NCBI GenBank assembly: GCA_002633005.1
Contig: NMRA01000046.1
Location: forward strand, 1,141,126 to 1,205,125
Direction of reading: 5' to 3'
Length of the DNA stretch: 64,000 bases
DNA from: Phoronis australis
Lineage: Eukaryota; Animalia; Phoronida
Shown here: positions 27,301 to 39,300 of the stretch, one piece after another
Layout of the letters: each line of letters opens with the position of its first letter
Numbering within the stretch: position 1 is the stretch's first letter
Notes under the pieces: model-generated
Databases searched by the model: none
Seen by the model: only the letters and a program-made list of their open reading frames with translations
Told to the model about the DNA's origin: nothing
Position numbers and translations under genes: made by a program

Positions 27301-30300
27301 GGCAGCTTGAGTGACGAACATTAAAAACACATGCAATAACTCTCAAATGGCCAGCAGCTGGCGCAGAAAACATCAAATCTATCTGAAATTGGGCAGGCGT
27401 TGTTGTCTACTATTTGTCAAATTTCATGATAATACATTAATAACCTCTGAAGACACAGAGGCAAGCATAAAAACTTTTTGCCACTAAATGGCAGTGGCAT
27501 TCTGATCAGTCGACATTCATTGCCGCTTCTTATCGCCTCCATAGGAACACATCTTTCAAATTTCACAAAGCTCCCTCAAAGGGTTAAGGAGATTCGACCA
27601 CAAAGGCAAAAAACAAAACTGAAAAGGGGGGGGGGTTTGGCGACACAGTATTCAGACCGGTTGGAAATCAACGTCAGTCATGGCCTTCCCATCAGGTATA
27701 CATCTGTAAATTTTCATAATGATCCTTTGAGCAGTTTTTTGCCAGACAGAGAGGCGGATGCCAGAAAATGGACGCAAAAATAGCCCCAATGTTGTGTAAA
27801 CTAAATCAAATCCATCCAAAAATGAAATAGTATTGTCACCTCTTCAATAAAAGCCTATTTGCCAAATATCCAGAAAATCCATGAAGGAACTCTGAAGATA
27901 CAGAGGCAAATGTAAAAAACTAAAATTTCCACCAGGGTGCCCAGTGCCAATTGGTTCAGTCTGTAATTCAATGTCATTTGTCATCAGCTTCATAGAAGCA
28001 CACCTACGAAATTCCAAGAAGATCCTGCAAGTAGTTATGGAGATACAACAGTAACCATTGAACAGCTGTACGCTCAGACAGAGATGACGACGTTCATTGG
28101 ATCTGCCTGTAAGTTGTCGTTGTCTGTAGCTAGCTTCAAATAAATACATTTACTAAATTCAATAAAGATCCTGCAGTAGGTTTAGGAGATACAGCTATGG
28201 GCGCAATGCCAAACAAAACAAACAAAACAAAACAACTACAGTACCCCTGGGAGGCGCCACAGTATTCATAATCAACCGTCTTCTTTACACTGAGAACACG
28301 TGCCAATTTTCAAAATCATCCTTAGAATGATTTGGTTGATAGAGGGGTGGACACCAAAAACAGACTCAAAAACAGCAAAAATGGCCACTAGGTGGCGCAA
28401 AATACATTGATTCCATCCGAAAACGGGACGATAGCGTCATCTTACCAATAGATGCGTATATTCCAAATTTTATAAAAATCCGTTGAGGACTTTTGAAGAT
28501 GCAGAGGTAAATGTAAAAAATTAAAATTGCCACTAGGGAGTACACCGGTAGTCAGATCCGTTCGAAAGTCGTCGTCGTTTGTTGTCAACATCATATACAC
28601 CTGCTAAATTTAGTAAAAATCTTGGAAACGGTTTAGAAGATACAGCTATGGGTCCAAAAAAAAAACAAATCTGCCACTAGGAGGCGCCACAATAGCCGAA
28701 CTCATCGGAAAATCATTGTCAGCCGTTTTCTTCATAGTAAGAATAATACATGACAATTTTCAAAATCATAAGAGCGATTTGGTTGACAGAGCAGTGGACG
28801 TCAAAAAATTCGAAAACAGTAAAAATGGCCACTAGGTAGCGCAAACTATGACAAATCCATCTGAAAACAGGATAATGTCAACTCACTAATAGATGCCTAT
28901 GTGCCAAATTTCATGAAAATCTGTTGAGAACCTCCGAAGATACAGAGGTGAAAGTAAAACACTAAAATTGCCACTAAGGGGCACACCTGTAGTCAGATAG
29001 GTCCGAAATTCATCATCATCCATCATCAGCTTCATAGGAACACGTGCCAAACTTCATCAAGATCCTGTGAGGGGAGATACAGCTGTGGATGCTGGACACC
29101 AGACGCCCAGACAGAGATGACAGCAATATGCACACACAAAGGTTCCAGATGTCACAGCACTAGAAATTCTTGCGAGCTAATGCTCATAATTAAGGTACCT
29201 AAACTACACGGTTAACAGACTCCTACACACGGTCACGGACGCATGAACACGACTCACGTACCTGTAAACACCGTTCACTGACTCACAAACACGGGAACGG
29301 ACTCACAACACGATCCATTTACCCAAATACACGGAACATGGACTCACATTCACGAAGAAACACGGTTTATGGACAAAATGTAGATGTCAGCTGACCCAGG
29401 AAGCCGACGAGTCCGTGACCCGTGTTTATGGCATGCTTTATTGGAGTGAACCGTGTTTGGCGGTCCGTTAACCCGTGTTTCTTCGTGAATGTGAGTACGT
29501 GTCCCGTGTATTTGGGTGAATGGACCGTGTTTTGTGAGTCCGTTCCCATGTTTGTGAGTCAGTGAATGGTGTTTGCAAGTACGTGAGTCGTGTTCATGCG
29601 TCTGTGACCGTGTTTAAGAGTCCGGTGACCATGTAGTTTAGGTACCTTGATAATGCAAACTTCATAAACCTCAAAATCTTAAAGGAGAATACCACCCAAT
29701 TTAATTAGTCTTTTTTACCGTCTTAATCGGTCTATATCCACATCACTTTTTTATACGGTCGATCTCCGAGAGGTGTCGCGTTAACCTGTGACAAAGGTGA
29801 GAAACGACGCAGCGACGTCAGTGGTTCGTTTGCAGAGTGAATGCCGCTATATTGCGGTGCATCATTCCTGCGTGTCCGAACTATGAAGCTGTGAAAAAAG
29901 CGGGTATATTGTTTTTTCGTTTCCTCAAGAGCCCGAAATGCTTAGGAAGTGGTTCGCGGTAGTGAAGAATAAAAGGTACGCTGTTAATAGCAAGCATGAG
30001 GCCGTGAAACATCTCTGTGTCTGTGGTCGGCTTTTCGTCAACAATGAATTCTCTGATGAATTCCGGCTTACCAAAGAACTATCCATACGTTCCGTTGCCT
30101 GTGAATGTTCACGACGCCTCTCTAGTATTTCTTGATCAGTGTATTCTGGTTCAAACTGATAACCTGTGAAACCTAACGATCCGACCCGTGCAGTCTTCAT
30201 CGGATGGGCTCTTGAATAAGTCGGGATTGGTGCTGGGCGAGTTGCCATGTAGACGTTTATTATTCTGCGTTCTGTTTCAAAATGAATTATTCTCATCCTA

Positions 30301-33300
30301 ACCAATGCTTATATAAAACTGAAACGAAGTCTGTCTCATTATATACAATTTGTAATGCCTTTGCAGTATTCGTGAGTGCAAATGTTGAGAAGCCAGCAAT
30401 GAATAAACCACTGCGTTACCGGCTCTTGATGCCGGTAATAAAGGTAAATGACCGGGCACCGAGGCCATGTGAGCGCATGCTAATTCAGTGTTTGCTGACA
30501 GAAAGCTGTTGAGAAACAATTACTCGATTTTATATGCTATGGTCACATGTAAGGGGAATCTTTATTTAGAAATACAAACATTATTCAAATCATTGTTACT
30601 GTACAGCCTTTGCCTTGACGGTCTGTGGAAGGGAACTCGACTTCGTGTCCCCTGACAAGTAAGTAGATTTTCAGTTTCGTGGCTAATTCACATATAAGTA
30701 ATTACGTGCACATTATTTCTTTGGCTCACTATTATAGTCTTTTCGTAACTAGAGGTTTAGTTTCCAACTCAAGCTGGTTTATGTTCGTGCCAGTCCCGGT
30801 GGCCGCAAGGGGCCTGATCGGGTTCCGAGCCACTGGCCGGGATAACAAGCGTTTTGTGTGTTTAGAACTCAAAAAATCACAAGTTTGAATAACACAGATC
30901 TAAGTTCTCCTGTCTGTATTTCGCAGAAGAATACTTCGAATTTATCTCCAAACAGACCCCAAACTCCTGCTACGGACCTTGGTAACTTGGCCTGCCTAAC
31001 TTTGTAGGCTACGGTGTGTCCAAATACCAATAATTCCGTAACAGCAAAATAAAACAACACGTTTTTATAAGAACGGTGTATTTTTAAGGGTTTTACATCG
31101 AAGTTTGATGATTTATCAGTGTTAAACGATGAATTCAAGCAATAAGCTGACACCAGTAACCCGTGTTGTGAACTGCTGAACAGAGTGATTGTGAAACCAA
31201 CGACGTCATTTGATAATTTCAACACCTCCGTCCGCCGTCAGGTGTCAGGTAACGTAACCGAACGTGTCGTTATCGAGTAGACCTACTCGACCTAAATTGA
31301 TACAAAATAGGTTTTTGGGAGGCATTCTCCTTTAACTTAATCAAACAATTCACTGCTGGTAATTGCGAGCCTCCAACGGTCTTGAATATGTTCAGAGTTC
31401 TATTTTGAAGTGATTCAGTACTAGACAGCCTTGTCAGCACGCAACATGAAAAGTGCATATTGTAATAAAAAAGTATACTCACTTCAAACTTGATAATGTC
31501 GTACACAAGATACCTTGGCACAGGTTTACCATCGACTTTGTCTATTATCAACTCCTAAAACAAGAACAATGCAGATCAGTTCGACACTCGTTGCTGGTTG
31601 TCATCGGAATACATCTTTCAAATTTCACAAAAGCTCCTTCAAAGGGTTAAGGAGATTCAGCCGCAGATGCAAAGAAAAAACAAAATCGCCCAAAGTCAAC
31701 CGCAGAAACAAACATCTGCAAATTTTTATTATGAAGCTTTGAGCGGTGTGGCAGACAGACAGGTTGATACCAGAAAACAGACACAAAAATAACAAAAATG
31801 GCCAAAAGATGGCATAAAAATCCATCGTATTTGTCCAGAAATTGAAAGGTATCATCGCCTACTTATTAAAAACTAATCTGCCGAAATTGATGAAAATCCA
31901 TCTAAGAACTCCAAAGATACAGGAGACAAATGCAAAACATTAAAATTGCCAATAGGGGACACAGCGGTAGTCGGATCGGTCAGAAACTAGTCATCTGAGC
32001 TTTTCACGAAAAGTCTTGATTTTTGACAGTTGAGATCTCGGGCTCTGACACTAAAGCTAATAGACCAAGTAAACTTACTATTCTCTTAGGAAAAAACAAC
32101 ACCAATGAAACTTATGGCAGTCTTCATGGAAAACTGTGATTTTTTATGAAAGAATGTGGCACGTGATTGCTAACATTCGAGCAACACACATAATATGTAT
32201 CAACCAATAAATGTTTGTAACTCGAGATCAGCTAATTGTCAGATAATGTTTGTGGGTGTTCTAATTTGCTAGCCGATCCACTGGCGGGTTGCTTTTGATA
32301 TGAAATTGGTGATTTTAAGCACGTTAATTAGCTAACAATCTAAATCTACATTTCAAGATAATCAAGAACTCCCCAACACAAACTTCAACAGTGGAGGAAC
32401 AATATTAGAGATACATTACACTAATGTAACCTCACCCCATCAATGAGAGTATTCATAAGGTGAGCATTAAGATCCTTCTTACGAGGGAACGTTAAGAGTG
32501 GAACATGGAAGACAGAGTTGTCACGGTCAATCATAAAGATTTGTCTGGCACCATCAATCAACATCATATACCTGAAATGTACAACATGACATCCCGGGTT
32601 AAAGTTTATGAGTTGAACACTTACACCATCAGCCAATAGATGGTGCTAAGGCACAAAACAGCGACAAGAACGATGAACAAAAATGAACTCTAAAATTGGC
32701 GTAGTTATGCATCACAAATATTGACTTTTAACAGCTATAGTTACTGCATACCTATGACGTGAAATCTCAAAATTTTCTGACCAAAATAATAATAATTTAA
32801 CAAGAGCAATGCAGAGCGTTGAAATGCGCCCACAATTGCACCATATACGGTATCCTTCTAGGATTGTTTATTGGTACCATAAAGTGGCCAGTAGATGGCA
32901 TGTATGTAGTATGTTGTACTTTACAAAAGGGAAAGGCATGGTCATTGTCTCCTCAATAGGCTAGCGGCAAAATGTGAGTGATCTTCATAATACAAGCACA
33001 TCCTATACATCAGTTGCTTAAAGCACCACAGAAACATAGAATTAAAAACAAATTTACCAACATACGAGATTAGCAAAGCATTAGAATACCAGAAACAAAT
33101 TTCTGCTTGGAACTTTTCCTTCATAGTCACGAAGTAACACAAAGTATACACCTGAAGACCTATGAAAATACAGAGGTCAATGTAAAATTACTAAAATTGC
33201 CACTAGAGGCATACCGGTGGTCAGAATCATCCTAAAGTCGTCATCGTCCGTTGTCAACATCACATAAATACACTTGCTAAATTTAGTAAAGATCCTGCCA

Positions 33301-36300
33301 GCGGTTTGGGAGATACAGCCATGGGCGCAAAAAAAAACTACCACTAGGAGGCGCTAAAGTAATCACAGTCATGGGAAATTCAGCGTCAACCGTCCTCTTC
33401 ATAGTAAGAACATACATGCCAATTTTCACAATCATACTTATAGCGGTTTGGTTGATAGAGGGGTGGACGCCAAAAAACAGACTCAAAAACAGTAAAAATG
33501 GCCACTGGGTGTCGCAAACTAGCTCGAATCCATCCGAAAACGGGAGGATAGCGTCACCGCACTAATAGGAGCCTACATACCAAATTTCATGAAAATCCGT
33601 TAAGGACTTGTGAAGATACAGAGGTAAACTAAAAAAATAAAATTGCCACTAGGGGGCCCACTGGTAGGCGGATCCATCCAAAAGTCGTCATCGTCTGTTG
33701 TTAACATAATATAAATAAACTTANGGAGATACAGCCATAGGCGCAAAAAAAACTGCCACTAGGAGGCGCCATAGTAGTCAAAATCGTCGGAAAATCATCG
33801 GAAACCGTCCTCTACATAGTAAGCATATACATGCCAATTTTCACAATCATCCTTTGAGCGGTTTGGTTGATAGACGGGTGGACGCACAAAAACAGACTCA
33901 AAAACACTAAAAATGGCCACTAGGTGGTGCAAACTATGTCGAATCCACCTGAAAACTGGAGGATAGCGTCATCTCACTAATAGGTGCCTACATACCAAAT
34001 TTCACGAAAATCCGTTCAGGACTTTTGAAGATACAAAGGTAAGCGCAAAAACTTAAATTGCCACTAGGGGGCACACCGGTAGTTGGATCCGTCTGATAGT
34101 TCGCACATGCCGTCCCATTCATGAATGGAACATATGTGCCAAATTTCATGAACGTATGTCAAAGGGTTTTGGAGATAAAGCAGCGGACGCTGGACGCCGA
34201 ACGGACGCCGCCCGGACGGACGGAGATGACGGCATAATGCGTCCACATATAAATATGTGGGCGCATAAAAATGGTAACAGATTTATTTGAAGTCACTTAT
34301 CAATAAAAAAAATGGAAAAAGTAAAATTCCTCTAGTCTGCCATGTTCGTGTCCTAAATAGGTGAGATTCTACTGTAAATCATCTTGAAGCCAAATTGCCC
34401 AATGTACTGTGCGACAATTAAGTTGGAACTTCTAAATACAAATGTACTTCAGAAGTCAGTTTTCTTTTAATTTTGGAATTCTCAAAAAAATAATTTAAGA
34501 AGGTGGGTTCCAAATACTTGCAAATTTCCAGCATTGTGTAATATCTAGCATGGAAAGTAATAACGTAAGGGTACCGAACTATAAAACCAGTTTTATTCAC
34601 AGACTCCCAGTCAACGGTCTTAAACTTACTAAACTGCTCAACAGACCTACCTTTCCTCAAATTTCTCAACTAAACTTAAGGTTTACAAGAATTAACAACT
34701 CCATAAAATGGCTTGTAATGTACAGTAATCAAAAATAAAAATAGGATTTTTTAAATATATTTTAACAATGAAATGTGCTTTTGACTACCGGACAAATTAA
34801 CTAATACTATATTGGCAGTTATTTTTTAGCCAACTTGAAGACAGATTATCAGTACCCTTTTCAATCACAAAAATGGATTGTGTGAATGAGAATGATGCAG
34901 ACACATGACCCTGTGTTTCTCTGTCAAAATTGTCAGCTGTGACAGAAATCACCATTACCTCCATATGAGAAAATTTTACACCAAAATACTCACAAGAAAT
35001 TGCTCTGGGGCAAAAGTGGGAATTGAAATTGTGCGTGTAGATGTATTTAGCTCATAATACTTTGTAAACAAACATAACATGAAATAGCTGCAATATTAGG
35101 ACAGTTGGCAGCTAGCAGTACAAAGAGAAAAATGAATATTTAGTCACCATATACTTTTGTGTAAAGTAACTGGAGAACGACTATACTAAACATGAGTAAA
35201 ACACAATCAAAACTGATAGAATTTACTTTTACATGAGCAACGCATAGCGTTGAAATACACCTGTGACTGCAATGCAATCGGTGTGCTTCTAGGGGTGTTT
35301 TATAGAACCACAAAATAGCTATTAGGTGTGCTTCTAGGGGTGTTTTATAAAACCACAAAATAGCTATGGTGCAGAATACAGCAAATGTGTCGTCACCTCC
35401 TGAATACAAAGATATTTGCTAAATTTTATGATAGTCACTGATTACATAGGTGAAAGTGAAAAAAGCAAATTGCCATTAAGAGGTGAAGCAGTAGACCAAA
35501 CGGTCCCCGTTCCTTTGTTAAGTTAATAGGAACACTTGCAAATTTCCAAAATATCTCTTTGCAAGGGAGCTTACGACATACAGCCACAGATTTAAAAAAA
35601 AAACTCCCCACTAGAAGATGCCAAAGTAAACAAATTGTCAAAAAATCAACGTCAGCTGTGATCTCCTCATCTGGAACACATCTGTCAAAACTCTTTACGA
35701 TCCTATACGAAGTTTAGGCCATACAGCATGTGGATGCATAAAAACTTTGACAAACAAGTGATATTAAAAGTATTGTTCACAACAATTTTAAATTAAACAT
35801 GGAATAAAAAAGGTCAGTTTTGGCAATTGCTTTGTCTGGAATTTACCATAACAACAAATTTAAAATATGTCAAGTAACAACAGGTGTCCGAGTTGGCAAA
35901 GCACCACACATGAGATCCGGTCTGGACACTCTGTAACAGGATTTAATTTCAAGTTTTGTAAACAGCCAGCAGACTAGGTCAAGTCAGTATACTGCATCAA
36001 GATGGCTAAAGTTGAGCTGCTTCTGGTTATTGTCATGGTCTGTCCGCAATACACAAAGACACAAGTAAGTGGAAACATAGAGACCTAACCAATATTTAAA
36101 TACATAGATTGATAGATAGATGGATGGATGTAGCCAAATAGACAGAAACACCACACAGGCTGCTGGCACAATGAAGGCTAGGATACCAATTAGGCCATGG
36201 GAGTGGCTTTAGACTTGTATGAAAAGCCTCCATTGAAAGTCACTTATGGAACAACACTGCTAAAGCTAAAAAAGCATGAGAACTTAGAAAGTCACTTATG

Positions 36301-39300
36301 GAACAACACCGGTAAGGCTAAAAAAGCGCGAGAACTTAAAGTGGAAGTTGCAGGCTAATTCTTTATCTCTGTGATTACTTAGCCAAATCATATAATAAGG
36401 ATGTGAAAATGATCCCCTATGTTGAAAATTGCCAAACATCTTAAAGAATGAGTTTTGTGGTGAAAATGATCTGTTGCATATCACTCAACCGTGTCCAGTA
36501 AGTATTGTGAGGTGGTGTTGGGAATAACACTGCATGATGAGGGCTATGTGAGCCAGCGCAAGGTACGTCATTAGTGCAAAGGTCACCTACGGTATTTGCA
36601 AAATTTTTGATTTTCTCATTTACAAGTTGTTTTTTTACAACTGGTTAATGAAGTCAACTGCACTTTGTTTAGCATAGATTATAGCACTGTTATTTAGTTC
36701 CTGACCTACATTAGCACACTTAGAAACATGCAAATATATCTTTCAACAATAAAACCTGAAGAATTTTACTTTTGATTTTTTAGAATCTGTCTAGAACTAG
36801 TAGAATTTTAACAGAAATGAAAGACTGACTGATGGCAAGAAGTTGATTATAACAAAGTAGCAGATTTAGGGGTGGGGAAAAACTGAAAAAAATAGCAAAA
36901 ATGACATGAAAATAAACGTTTCACCTAATTGTGGGCGTTTACTTTTAGACAGTGTGGGTGGGTGCGTGTGTTGGGGGGTGCTGGTATTGGAACTAAACAG
37001 ACCACAGTAATTTGATCAAATTTAATTTGATGGGAATGTTTAAGGACAGATGTCAAACATCCTGTTGCATTTTTATAAAACATTTTGCACTTCGTTTATG
37101 CTGCTTTAATGATAATTGTCAAAGCCGAGAATGGAACATTTTACGAACAATTCCTATTAGCAGCATGGAGAACATTACACACAGCATAGTATATTTCTAT
37201 TTCTCAGATGTGACGTTCCGAATTATATAAATTTGGAGTTTTTCTAGAGTCAATTTCTACAAGAAAGTTTTGTGAGCATTAGGTGTATGAACCTTTTTGA
37301 TCCGAAGTGGTAATGAAACGCATTCTTTTACCTGATTTGTGAACATTTGGATGACACTTAAAGAGAATCAGCATCAAGTAACATAATCAACTAAAGGTGA
37401 CTGCATTTATGGCTTGTTTTGCTTTCAACACACCTTATTTTTGATGGAAAGATCGATGATTTTTTAATTGATAAAAAGTATTGGAGAATATCGGGACAGG
37501 GTATCATTGGCTAGGGAACTGTGGGATGGGAATGTTGGGAATACAGGTACATACCCATATTACTCCTTAGGACTAACTAAAGACAGCTCAGTTAACTAGG
37601 TAAAGATGATAGTCTACTGGCAAAACTCAAGGTTCCTGTACGTAATCTGATTGTGAGCAATACACACATACGAACACGCACAACAAATTCAATGAACTCA
37701 TCCAATGAGATATATGATGAATGCCCACATGGCTCATGTCACAAGAATCAAGAAAATTCAATTTCTGACACAATATTGGAGTCCTAAATTTTAGACATTG
37801 TAACAAATGTTAGACACAGCATCATATTGAATATATGTAACCATATGTAATGTTCTCCATAAAACTCTTAGGAAAAGCTTGACTTTGCAAAAATGGTAAT
37901 TCTGTGATTTTTACTAAAAAATTGAAAAGTGCATAAAACAACCACCCACGAAACCAGAATTAAGCTTACCTTTTTTACCGAGATTGAAAAACACATTGTA
38001 TAACTGACCTATAATTTTCATAAGACACTTGTTAGCTGAGACTTACTAATGAAGAAATATTTATCAAGATTGTAAATTGCTTTATTTCTGCACTGCAACT
38101 CACTCTCCAAGAGGAGTCAGAATGACGAATGACAAACTGATCTTGATGTTAAATACTGATTGGCACAGTATCCGTCAGGGCAAGTGTCCCAATGATGCAC
38201 GACATTTTGGGTAGATGTCACAAAATCAGAGGGTGCTAAGGTATTCCAGGAAGTGAGTATTGGGATAAGTGTGACAGATCTTTATGTAATGATTACAGTT
38301 GACAGGAAGCTGCTCTGTGTGCATGCCTGGTAGAGATGGTCGTGATGGTGTACCGGGCAGAGACGGTCGTGATGGACAGAAGGGAGACAGGGGCGTAACT
38401 GGATTTGCTGGACCAAAAGGAAGTCCCGGGCTCAAAGGTTCATCTGGTGCAAAGGGGATGCAAGGGCAGAAGGGTTCCCCTGGTCGTGGGATGCCTGGTA
38501 TTCATGGAGAGCCAGGACCGCCTGGATTAGATGGTCGCAAAGGAGACAGAGGATTAAAAGGAGAAACTGGCATGATAGGCAGAAAAGGAGACAAAGGATA
38601 TCCTGGTCCACAAGGTAAAAGGAAAGCACAGGCAATAAATATAGTTTACAAATACATTATTGAAACCAGATAATAACACATACTGTATCAAATGATATTT
38701 TTATTTTTTGCTGTTCTCCTTAATATTTCTTTAAAGGCATTATGTGTGTGTGCGTGCATGTGTGTGTATGTGTGTGCGTGCATGTGTGTGCGTGTGTTTG
38801 GAATCATATATACAATGTATAACACTATATATTATATAAGGTAAGTAATGACAACTATGGGTAATTATATTGAGATATACGATGTGCAAGCCGAAAAATG
38901 AGAAAAAAATCGTGTTGAATGCAAACTACTATCTTTATTTCAGGTACAACATCCAGCTGCCCACCGAGAAACATCAAGCAGTTCACATGGAATGAAGAAC
39001 ACAGTGATGACACTGGTAAACTCAAGGTAACATAATAATTTTACAAATTGAACAGTCTTACAACTCTTACAAGGGTAAAAGGTGGTAAAAGACTAAACAT
39101 TTAGATTTGGTACTGTGAACATGGGTTTGTTGGCACAGCCACATGTGCAACCAACAGTGAGATAAAACAACCTACACAGTCCTTAAGATAAATATAGATT
39201 ATTACATGTTCTCAGTTGTTATCCCCCGTATTCTAGATCCTGAGTGGATTTTAAAGAATTATCGCCCGAGGTGCGTGAGCCCGAGGGCGATAATTCTCCA

